In this document: positions 14,157 through 26,554 of the stretch, one piece after another
How positions within the stretch are numbered: the first letter of the stretch is position 1
How the letters are laid out: each line of letters starts with the position of its first letter
Assembly: GCA_046563655.1 (NCBI GenBank)
Contig: CM102285.1
Span: 4,216,001 to 4,280,000, forward strand
From: Yuukianura sp. NJ FZ-2021
Lineage: Eukaryota
Length of the DNA stretch: 64,000 bases
Reading direction: 5' to 3'
Translations under genes and position numbers: made by a program
The notes under the pieces: generated by a model
Databases searched by the model: none
What the model saw: the letters and a program-made list of their open reading frames with translations, nothing else
Told to the model about the DNA's origin: nothing

Positions 14157-15304
14157 AAATCTAGATGAATTAAGCTCTAAATTTTATGTTGCACTTGAAA
14201 CTTGAGTACGAAATGTAGTAAAAGCAGGGAAAGGTATGTTCAACTCGGAGGTTTACCTGAATTTAAATTTAAATTCCTATATTAAACCTAATTTACAGTA
14301 GGTGTGAGAATATACCCGGGCGGACCACTACATGTTCAATTGGACAAGAAGCACAATTTACTTCTGTAATTTTGAAAATGCACTTCCATTCAAAATTTAT
14401 GCCCTCTGTTAGCTTAAAAAATTTTATGTATTTGGTCTCTGTCGTAATTTTGACAAAGGTTTTCTTCTTTTTTCTGATTATTTTTGGATGGGTTAATAAA
14501 TATAATTTTTTATTACTTTCACTCGGACGATGCCTATATTGTGCGGGAACAATGGCGACGGATGGATTCGTGAAAATGGCATACACAACAGGTTTGTGGA
14601 AATAATAGTAACCACTTTCACAAAATTAATTTTTCTAAAAGTGCAAAAACAAAATGAAACCCCCGGATCTTAACTAATCTAATCGGGTTGTAGTTGTAGT
14701 TTCTAGTTACCCGTCGTTCTATTTTATTTTTTAATTTTGTTTTACGATAGCACTGTAGTACTGATCAGTTAGTTTTATTTAACAAGATTCTTCATAACTC
14801 CTCTTGCGAAGTTAGTTAACTTTCCAGCCTCATGTCGTGATGAGTTCATTTTCCACGTTTTCGCAGAATCGTATGTCCGCAAACCCTGGATTTTGATATT
14901 CGATAACAACAGATTAGGTTTTTCAGTAAACAAACACGAAAAAAAAATAGAAAGGCTTTTCGCTCTTTGGAGCATTTGAATTCAACAAGTATAGCAAATT
15001 ACCTCATCTGCCAATTTAGTCTGCAAAAAAAAACAAATGAGCTTAGGGGAAATGCGGTTTGTCCTCTTCCTCAGAATTTTGGATGAGTCATGTAATATTT
15101 TTTCCTGTGAAATACATGTACAATTCTGAACAACAAAACAACGTTTTTGCTTTCAGTCGTTTATCTGACGAACACGTATTATTAGCAGAAGCTCTCTCCA
15201 ATTCTAAATCAGTTTGATTTTATCCAACACGACGACAACAACTATTCAACTACTTCTCAACTTTTTTTGAAACCTAAAATTTAGAAAACGCCGAATATTT
15301 CAAA

Positions 15305-17647
15305 ATGAACACCGATCCACTACCGCCACCAGAATCCTTCATTTGTCCTATCACTCTCGTTGTGATGAAGGAACCAGTGTGTGACAAGGAAGGAAATTCA
15401 TTTGAACGGAGCGCCATAACGGAGTGGATTGGACGCCATGGCTGTTCCCCAATAACACGAAGTCCCATGACCTTGGAAGACTTGATTCCAAACAGAGCGC
15501 TTAAAACCATGATCGAAGAACATTATCAATGTCCTCAAGTCCCATTTCAATGTCAAGGTGGCGGTCAACCGGAGGTGAGTGAAAGGTCAAGGTCACTCAC
15601 TGGCAACACTCAAGAAAATTCCAAACTGTCAATCACAACGGTTCTGCAAAACTCGAAGGTGCTGGTTACAATCAATCCTGGAGATTCCTTAGTCAGGTCA
15701 CCTGTGAACGTCGCCTGTGTCATTGACATCTCCGGGTAAGCGATTTACCAGGTTATACTTTTGCTGTAAAACACGAGACTAATGATTTTTTTTACCTCAA
15801 GGTCAATGGGAACAGAAGCCCAAGTCCCTGGTGACACTTCAGGAAAGGAAGCTTGTGGCCTAAATATTCTAGATGTGGTGAAACACGCCGTTGTGACGAT
15901 CATCAAGTCATTAACTGCGCAGGATTCTCTCGCAATTGTCGCTTTCTCTACTTCCGCTGAAGTCGTTTTACCACTAACAAAAATGGACCTCGCCGGACAA
16001 ACATTGGCAATAAGCAACGTCAATTCCCTTCAACCGACAAACAGTACAAACCTTTGGGCAGGACTTGAAAAAGGGCTGGATGTTTTGGTTGAAGTGAACA
16101 AGATGACTGCTGGTTCAATTTCAACCGTTTTGCTGTTTACTGATGGTGAACCCAATGTCATACCACCAAGAGGGCACATCCCTATGCTCCAGATGTACAA
16201 GGACAGTCATGGAGGTGTGTTGCCCGGACTTGTCAACACTTTTGGATTTGGATACGGACTGGACAGTCAACTATTGTATGACCTTGCGCGAGAAGGCAAT
16301 GGCATCTACGGATTCATTCCAGACAGCGGAATGGTTGGAACCATTTTTGTCAACGCCGTGGCAAATTTGATTTCTACGGTGGCAACAGATTGTCAGCTGA
16401 CAATTGAACCAGTAGGGGGCGCCACCATTGTTAATCCAGCATCAACCCTGAGGCAATATTTGGTTACAGAAGGAAAATGGGGCGTATTGGCCAACGTCGG
16501 CTCTATACAAGCTGGACAATCGAAGGATATTGTCTTGGAGTTTCAAAATTTGCCGCCAGAAGGAACAGAATTCATGCGCATAACTCTTGGAGCTAAAACC
16601 AGAAGCTATCCAACTTTCAAGCTTTCTATGACCTGCAACGTTGAAAACTATCAATCACAAATGCCTCACCCGAAACTTCTGCATGCGGCTGAGCGTTTCA
16701 AACTTATCGGCGTCATTCAGTCTGTCATGAACATCATGAAGGACGCAACGGGTGACCCAGAAAAAATAAAAGATGCGTCGCAGCTCGTTACCGCGGCAAT
16801 TCAAGCGACAAAAGCGGCTTGTGGTGGGTCAGAAATGCCACTTGAGGTGACTGCACTCATTGCTGATCTTGAAGGTCAAGTACTCGAGAGTTTACAACCA
16901 GCATATTACACAAAATGGGGACGCCACTATCTACCATCTCTGATGATGGCTCATCTGTACCAAGTTTGCAACAATTTTAAAGATCCCGGACCACAAGTCT
17001 ATGGCGGTTCGCTGTTCAAAAAGCTACGGGATGAAGCTGACACGCTCTTTCTTTCCCTTCCACCACCAAAACCTTCAATCAAAAGAGCTACAAACCAACC
17101 CGTGAACATGAGTCGGTACTACAACTCCCGTGGAGTTTGTTTCCATGGAGACAATCAATTGCAGATGGGTGACGGTGGAATGAAGGCGGTTGATGCCGTA
17201 CGCAAAGGTGACAAAGTAAAATCAGCGAATGGACAAATCACTGAAGTCGTTTGTGTTGTCCAGACAATCACAGGAGAAGAAGAGCATGACCTTGTACATT
17301 GTCCTCAGTCAGGGTTGCTAGTCACGCCGTGGCATCCAATTCGTGAGGTCAAAGGTCAATGGCTGTTTCCTATTACATTGGATCTACCACGCAAGGTCGA
17401 ATGCAAAGTTCTCTACAATTTTGTTCTGAATGGTGGTCACGTCGTCGAAATCAACGGCATGGAATGCACAACACTTGGCCATTCTTTCACTGACGAAATC
17501 TGTGCACACGAATACTTTGGAAGTGATTTGGTAGTCAAAGATTTGCAGAACATGGAGGGCTATGAACAGGGGGTTGTAAAAGTGAGCGGGGTAATTCGAA
17601 ATTCGAAAACACACCGAATTGTTGGGCTTATTCAACACGAAGAATAG
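15305..17647 (+). CDS. U-box + von Willebrand A + Vwaint + Hint (Vint-type) domain protein, 758 aa, 2 exons
   Basis: U-box PPESFICPITLVVMKEPV...FERSAITEWI...SPITRSPM...LIPNRALK. The vWA MIDAS motif DISGSM is restored by splicing intron 15736-15801, followed by TNLWAGL, LFTDGEPN, TFGFG. Vwaint-like KWGRHYLPSL..AH..Q.CNNFKDPG. Hint domain from Cys at 17138 (CFHGD...LLVTPWHPI...LYNFVL...TLGH). Confidence 0.9.
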
Positions 17648-18512
17648 GAAAACCTTTTAGCATCCTGAATGTGTATATTCAGTAAAAGTACCAGTTACTG
17701 TATTTTGAAATTGAGAAATGCTTTACAATTATGAAAAGAATTAGTTCACATTAAAACTTAACATCGTTTGGAAACATATGGAACGTTTGCTTTTTCTAAA
17801 GAATTTGAAATACCAAATAATATGTTAATAAATTCACATGTCAAGCAATACAACGTCGTAGAAGCTAAAATTCAGCCACGTAAACCTTGAGTGCTCGCAT
17901 TTTTGATAGATTTGTAATGAAGTTACTTAGTTGGTTCCAGGGCATCGCCGACAATCCATCATTAGCCTTAGTAGCATTTTTCATCGGTATTTTGACCTGC
18001 TGGTTTTCTATCCTTCTGCTTTTTTAAACCAAGTTTGGACCTCTTTTTTAAACTCGAGTTAAAAACGGAAAGCTTTTATGAAAAAGGGGAAAGAATTGAG
18101 AACTTTTTCTAAAAAACGACACAATAGTATACAATACAACAGTTACCTCTCCACCAATACACCTTTGTTTCGTACATTTACGTTTTAACCTTCATTTTTG
18201 TGTCTTATTTTTATCTCGATAAATACGAAAAGATAATCCCTTTTTTTCTGTCCGAAAAAACTTTTCCACTCACTAACTGCATGCATTGTTGCTTTTTTCT
18301 TTCAGTTACAATTCAGCAGTCGAGGGAAGTTGACGAGCTTATACAGTAATTCTTGTCGTTCGAAACCAGTCGTTTCGCAGTCGTTATCTCATATTAAAGC
18401 TGTTTTCAATCAAAACTGTAAACTTTAAATAACACAGTGTTATTACTTAAAACGTGAACTGCGAAAACAGCAGGTGATGAAACTTGTTAAAACATAACTT
18501 CCACGAGAAATC

Positions 18513-21500
18513 ATGTTAGCACTTCCGTCATCGAGTCGGTGCCCTCCACGTCCCCGAGGAGTCAACCTCAAGGAGGAAGTTAGAAAAAATCTATTCCAAG
18601 AAGGTAACGTTTTCTTGTCGTTTCACATAAATTTTCACCTAAGTTTTCTTATATGAAGGGCGTATTTTCAATTTTGAAAGTTTAGTTTTGAAGTTTAGTT
18701 TTGAAACCTTCTTTTTGAAATTTTAGTGCGAACGTGTGGCAGGCGTGACGCCACGTTGACGGACGAGCTGAAAGCGGCTCTGCTGGGGTTGGATGAGGTC
18801 GATCGGAAGGAAATTGTGAATTAACAAGATGAGGATGACTGTACTCCGCTGTTCCTTGCTGCAAGGATGGGCAACATTGCAGTGGCACAGTTTTTAGTCG
18901 AAGACTGCAAAGCTGACCTTGAGGTCAAAGGAACGTTGGACACATTTTCAGAATCTAGACCACATACGGTACGATCATAAAATAATTACTCTTATCTTTG
19001 TAATTACTAATTACAAAAGTATTTCGAAAGTAATTACAATCTTTTGTAAGTTCGAAGTAATAAAATATAAGTTTTAAATAATAAGTTGGTTTGAAAATTT
19101 TGAATTTCAAATTTAACGGCAAGTTTTTGTTTGTTTTTAGGCTAAGCTGTTGTGGGTCGCAAGTGTCTACGGAGGCCTTAAAATGGTGCAATACCTACTC
19201 ACTCAGTCAAGGAGCTGATGTGAACACTGTATGTTCAAAAGTTAAAGTTAGCTTAAAAACGTTTTTCAGTTTTGAAAATTTCAAAATTTTGAATTTTTTA
19301 AATTTGCAGACAAGCGATAGTCGGTCAACTCCTGTTCGATCGGCTTGTTTCATGAGCAACAAGCTGGTGGTTCAATCTCTTGTTGAAACAGGAGCAGATA
19401 TTAGAATCACAAACCAATGTGGTAAGGTTAGCGTTAGTTAAAACTGGGAAAAGTATTTCTAAAGTTACAAAAAATTATAGTTAATTACTTAAACTTAAGT
19501 AATTAGTAATTCAATTGAATTTAATGCTCGTAAGGTGGATCTTGTCTTACCAATGCGGTCCAGTGCTTGGAATTGCTGAAGTATCTTTTGGACCTTCGAT
19601 TTGAAGTAGATGTAAACGGAAATGTAAGTTTAAAAAATCGTGAAATTGATTGATTTTGAAATAATAAACGATTTTGAAATTTTACAAAAATAGTTGTTGT
19701 TTTTTTTGCAGCTTCGAATTGACATAAACGGAAAGGTAACTTTCTTTAAAAAATGCAAAATCAAAACGACAAATGATTTTGAATTTTTAGTAAAGTTTGA
19801 ATTTTTTTTTTCAGTATAAAATGGACGCGAACGGACAGGTAACTTTTTTGGTTAAAAAAAAATCGTGAAACAAGAAATGATTTTGAAATTTTAAATATAT
19901 TTTTTTCAATTTAGGATTACGAAGGCAATACTGCCCTACACTACGCAGTGCTTGAGCGTCGCCTAGAGGCAACGAAACTTCTGGTTGAAAAGGGTGCCAA
20001 CATTTTCCTTTCAAACATCTTTGGACCAAATGCTCTCCAATTGGCCGCGCACAAGGTAAACAGCTTCCAATACTGCTTTTCTGAAAATCTCTGTTTCTTT
20101 TTATAATTGAGTTAACTTTTTTGCTAATGTTTTGCAGGGTGACTCCAAAATCGTCGAGTACCTGCAAACAACTACTCAGGTGCAGCCTAAAGATGAAGCA
20201 AATTTGTTGGAAATGATGGGTGTAAGTGCAATGTCCGACGGGTACAGCGGTGATACACAAAGTTTTGGAGCAGTTCAAAAAAGCCGCTGAAATTCGAGAG
20301 CGCGAAGGAATTCAAAAACCGCTGCGCGGCTACTATCCGCCTTACGCCTGTCTCACTGAGACAGGCGTAAGGCGCAACGACCGGTGAGTTGAGAGCAACT
20401 ACCGGTGAGTTTTAACATGTATTTTGCACGAGCGTGAATTCATAACGCGCTGTAGGTTGGAGTGACTACTCCTCACAATCCTGAATTCACAGAGATTTAC
20501 TTTTCGTAGAAAATACTTGACAATTTTTAGCAAATACTTTTAGCAAAAGTTGATTCTCGTTTTTTCTGAATTCTAGGCGAAGTTTTTTCTCGGATCCAGG
20601 AGCACACGACTGTTGCGGAATGGTAAGCACTGTTGGACAATCAGAACCAACGCCGCAAAAATGACCACCTTCAAATTCAGCAATTGTTGATCTCTGAACG
20701 CCAACTCGGAGTTTTCCATAAAGATTTGTTGAAAAAGTTGGACAAATGTACCAAGGATCTTGAAATGGCACTTGACAACTTTTTCTACCAAGAAGCCATC
20801 AAGTACTACGCTCTCTCTCTTCATTGTCACAAAGAACAAAATGGTCTCTTGTATTGCAATGCAGCAAAAGCACTGCAAAGTTTGGTAGGAACATCGTGTT
20901 TATTAAGTCTTAGAAATTTTGAACCTTAATTTATAAAATTTTGAACTTTTCAAGTTGAGGTTTACATGGCTTGGTACCACCATCGGAAGAAAATGGAGCA
21001 CGATGGATTTGATTTCGTCGCTTGTCCGTATGGGTTGTTGATGAAGACTTTCGGATTTCTGCTGGAACGTCTTCCAGAAGTTGTGCATCAACTCAAACTG
21101 AAACCATTTTTGCCAAGCGACAGAACATGCCATGACGTGTAAGATTTAAAAAAATTATGAAAATTTTCATGAATTTTGTGTTTTGAATTACAGAGTATTA
21201 AAAAGTTTTGATTTCCGATTGAACTTTTCAATTTTTTTCCAGGTATATTTTGGCTTGCGGTAAAATTATTTACTTGCTCCTCAGCGATCCAAGGTCAACT
21301 GAAGAATTGAGGGAGATATGCAAAGTAATGGTTTGCGAATTTTGAATTTTGCTTTTGAAAATCTACAACAAAAATTTCTTTTCTGAAAAGGGCATTAGAG
21401 ATATTGCGTCTTATGCTCTTCCTGTATTTTCTACTGGAGACACTTTGCTTCATCTGGCCACTAGGAGATTTGGAGATTCCAAAAGAGACTCATTGGTAAA

Positions 21501-22087
21501 CCTAAAAAAAATTGCATCTTTTTTTACATTTTGAACATTTCTAAATTTGAAACTTTTTCTCACCTTATTAGATTGCTAACCTGCACTACGTTCAATTCTT
21601 GTTACAATTCGGAGCTGACGTGAACGCAGTCAATGTTTACGGAGAAACCCCTCTTCATGTTCTCCTCAAAGATAAAAATTATGAAGAGCATGAGGTCAGT
21701 TGTTAAACCAATTTGAGAAATGTTTCAAAATGGTCAAAACCAAGATCAGAATTTTCAAAATCTTATTTCTTTTATTAGGTTTCTGAACTAGTGAAGGCCG
21801 GGGCTCATTTGGACCATTACGACGACTATAATTTTTCTCCACTTCAAAAGCTGCTGGAAAAACCTTATCCAGGGTTTCAAACTAATCCGCTGCTGATTCT
21901 GCAATGCATAACTGCGAAGTTCTTGGGCCAGTTCGCTCTGTCGTTGGTCGGCACTTGGTCGCTTTGGTCATTCGTCATGCCAAGGTCGACACTTGCGCCA
22001 GAGAGAAACACAAACTCTACGAGAAGTTGTATCACTACGATCCTTAAATTCAAATTGTCCCGCCAATCGGACTTGCAGCCTTACCAT
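18513..22087 (+). pseudogene. Fem-1-like ankyrin-repeat gene, disrupted
   Basis: Ankyrin exons: CTPLFLAARMGNIAVAQFLV, STPVRSACFM, GNTALHYAV, GDTLLHLA, GETPLHVL, GAHLD; C-terminal LQCITAKFL resembles the Fem-1 box. Lesions: in-frame TAA at 18822-18824, 4-bp duplication (ACTCACTC, ~19197-19204) causing a frameshift, inverted duplication at 20338-20374, and a Polinton inserted at the 3' end. Confidence 0.75.
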
Positions 22088-23925
22088 AGTAGTAAGATAG
22101 TGAAGAACTCCGCATCACTAATTTTAGCACCTTCGTAGGGGTTAGAGTCTGGCCGGACACACTACTAGTAAATACAGGGGGAGGGGGGGGGGGGGGGAGG
22201 AATGACAAAATAAGGAAATATCAAAAACAAAAATGTCGACAAAAAATGTCGATAACAAAAAAGTCGACAACGAGTCAAAAAACAAGTAATTAAATTTGTG
22301 TATAGAAATTACGAACATTGACTCTAGCCTCGTGTCCAAGTGCTCGCAACTACTTTTCAGCGGTTGCCAGATCGAATCTCAAACAGTTTAAAGCTTATGA
22401 TGGAGAAGTTACAAGTACTTAGATACAACACTGGGGTGAATGTTATTACTATTTTTAAATTTTTTAGTTAAGGATTAAAAAAAAGTCCTTGGAGAAATGT
22501 CTTTTCACAAGGAAAACGTTTTTGAAAATTATTTTAAAAAAAGTTCTTGAAGGTTCTTTTCTATAGAAAGACGTTTTTCTTAAAAAGTTCTTTTCAAAAT
22601 AACATTTCTTTAGAAAGAAACTTTTTTGAAATGTTTCAAAATAGCATTTCAAACCGTGTTGCGAGTGGCGCTTAAACAGTGAGTTTTGAAACTAGAAATC
22701 ATCAGTTCTAAAATATTTCAGAACTAATAATTAATATTAGTCGAAACTATTCGTCCTCCAAGGCTATTCTCAAGAGATGGAAGAGGTAAAGCATGAAATT
22801 GCTCTCCGGGTTAGATGTATTTCATGGGAAAGGCGTCCAGAAAAGTGTCAGGATTTTATATAAGTGCAATATATACTCGGGATTTTATATACTCGTCAGC
22901 GTTTAAAATCTATGAAGAGTACAAAGCGCTTCCAGTTACCCAGCTTTGTGATCACAGTCGCTGCAACTACAGCTGTGAATACGCATACTAGATTGAAAAA
23001 CGGTTTGGAAATGGGGTATTTAAATCGGTTGATTTGTACTCAGCTTCGGCAAGGTGATACGTCCTGCCGGTTGATGTGCTTGGAACAGGGCAAATACAGA
23101 GAATATCGCTGATTGGAACCCAACCCTCCTCGACAGCGTCAGACCATCCGAACGAATTTGCCACCTTGGTTCCTCTCCGCATAAACCTTATGAAAACCTT
23201 ATCCTCTTGTGCCGATTCGTCCTCTTCAATCACGCCAATGTGCCACGAGGTGTTCACGATGGAGGCCACATGCTTCCCTACCTAGTACCGCGGTTGCGGT
23301 TCTGTGGCACCTCCAACTTCCCTGCTAACCTTGTAGCGTCTCGCACCGCTACTCTCCAGAAATATGGCCGCAGCTACGCCCTCAGACTCTCATCACTGAT
23401 CAGCAGATCCAACAACTAACCAAAAGACCAAAAAACTCGCCAGATCTAACGACATCGCTGACATAAATATATAAATATATATTCATGAAGCATAAAAATG
23501 ATCATTGAAAAATACAATATAAACACAAACTACTCATCTCCCACTGATCTCTATCCCAGCAACGCACAAAACAGACTGAATCTGAAACTATATAGAAATC
23601 TTATCCTGGTCTCTCACCTCGCCTCTCTTCAAATCTCCCGCAATCCACATCCTCATCTCATCTTACCTCAACATAATCTCTACACTACGCTAACGGATGA
23701 GCAGGCGTCTCAACCTTTGCCATGGTGAAATCAGTTGCTGATGAGTATCGCTGTACTGCAATTTCGTTGCGCTCCAGTGGAATAAATGAGTGGAAACTAC
23801 GCGCCCCTTTTATCGTATCTGCATTGTCGTACATGTATTTAACGTGCAGATTAATATGCTACCAAAAAGTTTATGGTCAGAAAATGTTACTACTTACCTC
23901 TTCTCACTTACTTCCCGCCGGCTTG

Positions 23926-24481
23926 TTAATCTTTTTTGTTTGGAGATTGTCGTTTTGTGTTCTTCTGATAAATGTTTTTTCCGGAGAGGTCACACTTGAT
24001 GGTCTGGAGCTTGAGACTTCGGATTGTGTACATTTTAGGTCTCGGACGGTACACATGAGTAATAGCAGCTCCAGCAGCTTTCTCCTTGCACTTTCCCAAT
24101 ATTTTCTTGTTTGTTGGGGCGTCAAACTTTCCAAACACAAGATGATCTTCCGGATATGCGCTCATTTTGTAGTGTTCCTTTTGCTGCAGCATGTCCTCAT
24201 AAACATCGTTTGTTTGAATATATGAAAGAATCTAAAACAAAATAAAGTTAGAAACTGACAAGACAAGTATAACCAGTACCTGTATCTGTGTATATTAAGC
24301 GACACTTGTCACCATAAAGAGCCTGCATCGCCACTCTGTGATGTCGGTACATGATGCTTTTGGCAAAATCTAAAATGCTGACACCTGTGAAAATTTCTTT
24401 ATTGAGTGTGACTTGGTGGAGCCTCTTCATTATAAAAATGCAAGTTGTTATCACACGCAGGGATTTAAAATTTAGGGCCAT
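23926..24481 (-). pseudogene. Polinton-type DNA polymerase B, C-terminal fragments
   Basis: KEIFTGVSILDFAKSIMY...YGDKCRLIYTDTG (degenerate YxDTDS motif); SAYPEDH...NKKILGKCKE...RPKMY. Confidence 0.8.
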
Positions 24482-25390
24482 TTACAGCATCGGCTTCCAA
24501 ATCCCCTCCACCTAACTGCCTACCCATTGTTTTTAGAAATTGAAAGTCCAGCAAGTTTCTTCGGATGAATTGGAACCGACACCAGTTGTGTCACAGAACG
24601 CTACACTTTAACTTTTGGGAAGTCATAACCGTAAAGTTAATGGAGCAATGAGGTTTGAAGATTAGTGAACTGTCAGATTTCCCACTTTTTGGGTCGTGAG
24701 AGTGACACCCGAGGTCACTCACCGGAACTCCCAAAAGTAAGATAAGATACTGCCCCTCCACTGCCACACCCTATTTTCCCCATCCTACTGCCATGTCGGA
24801 TTTCGGTGGGCCCGGTGGGGCCGTGGGTCACGTATTCCAGGAAACTGAAGAGGAAGCGGAGCCGTTCTAAACGGAGCGGAGCCGAACCCTAACACCCGTT
24901 CTCCCTCACGGATCCCAGACATACGCACCCAATAGCTTAAATTTAACCAGATTTGATGAAGATTTAGAAGAATCCAGTGAAAGATTTGCCTAATTTTCGG
25001 AATTTTCAAACAGAAGTTTTAATTTTCAGTATTTTAATCCCACGTATCACGAAAAAACGCCGGGTTGAGATTGGCACCCCCCCCCCCCCCATAGTCCAGC
25101 AGAGCACAACTTCCCTGCGTGGGCCACGGAGTGACGATGGAGTGAAGAGGAGGTGGGTCCGAGGGGCCGCGCCCCAAGTGACCTCCACTAGCTACAGACG
25201 TTGTCAGTGCGGAACTGACAGATATAACGATTTGAAGTGGCAGTAAATTCGATCGAAAGCAGAGCCGAGCTTTTCCACCATGGTTTAGAAACTATCAAGG
25301 AGAAAGTGAAAGTGAAAACAAATTTGAAAGTGAAAGTGAAGTAACAAACGACAATTGCTGGTTTTCTTTAAGAAAAGGTAACCAGCCGTT

Positions 25391-26554
25391 TCCCGTCTGA
25401 GCCCCCAGTTCTGTCACGCTACTAACACCTCCAACTCTCGGTGGTCCCACCCGAAAGTGCCCCACCGTGGGTTCTAAGTGACCTGATCGGCCACTATTGA
25501 ACCCACATACCTGGGTGATCAGAATCACCCCAGATAGGCACCTGCTGTGCCTGGGAGTAGATCTCCCCTCATAAGATGGTTCCGAATTACCTTGACCCCT
25601 GCAGTTAGCCAAGGGTTAAGATTGCTGATGATGACACAACTACCGGTTTGGTAGCTGTGTAGATCACTCCTAGCGATTTGCTAGAAGTGATGTGCAGTTC
25701 CCGTCTCATCTCTCAAGAGATAGTGAAAGAAGATGAGGAGATTAGGACAGTATGAAGAGAACAGAAATTAGGATTAATGCGATATGCTTTACCTGAGAAT
25801 TCTGTCCGTTCCCGACGGTAGTGCTGTGGGTACAATTTGGTCACGCTGGTCTTACGTCAAGCCGGTGCTCGAACTTGTCCTGATTGCTCTTGGATAGAAT
25901 TCCTTAAGTCCACGCCACGTACACCCCCGGCCAGGAACACACGTGAATCACGCTTCACTCAGACTCTCGCTCACTCTAACTGGTCCCACTACTGGCCATT
26001 TAACAATCCTTGAACTGACGGGACGTTCCGTAACACACAAATAATAAACACTAAATCGTATCTGTTGTAAGAACGGTCGTTGTGGTAATAGTTTAATTGT
26101 CAAATGATTCACTTTGTTGCAAGAACCAAGCCACCAAAGCAAAAATACTTGTAACGTAAATCTCGCTCAAAAGTAGAAGGTGCTCACAGCCAAAGTCCCA
26201 ACTGACCCCTTGTAAAATCCGTGATTCCTTTTTTAGGAATCCGGGCTGAGGGACTGGTGACAAGCAGAAGGCTTGTTTCCTTTCCCTGTCTTTTGTTTTA
26301 ACACAGGCTTCTGTGTTAAGGGTGTCAAAATTTGGGTAGAAGGACACGCTCAATTTATGAGCCTGCCCTTCTGTTTCTTCTAGAAACTTCTGTCCCTTTC
26401 CAATTCATTGGAAGTGGAGCAGAAACTTCTGGAAGAAAGGCGGAGACTTGGTGGGGTCGGTTTGAGCCCACCAGAGGTCAAGCGGATGACCTGGATTCAG
26501 TGGATCGGTCAGAGTCCCATGAATCCAGTGTAGTGGCCATAACAAAGTGTGACA
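25391..26554 (-). mobile_element. LTR retrotransposon 5' LTR plus tRNA-Pro primer-binding site, nested in the Polinton
   Basis: Segment 25412-26554 is bounded by TGTCAC...GTGACA. Four nt downstream on the minus strand is TGGGGGCTCAGACGGGA (25407-25391), a partial complement of the tRNA-Pro 3' end. No second LTR or gag/pol seen. Confidence 0.6.

Noticed and set aside
17138..17647. Hint domain as a mobile intein or a hedgehog gene
   Set aside because: No endonuclease, no His-Asn/C-extein junction, and no Hedge domain or signal peptide; the architecture is Vint-type
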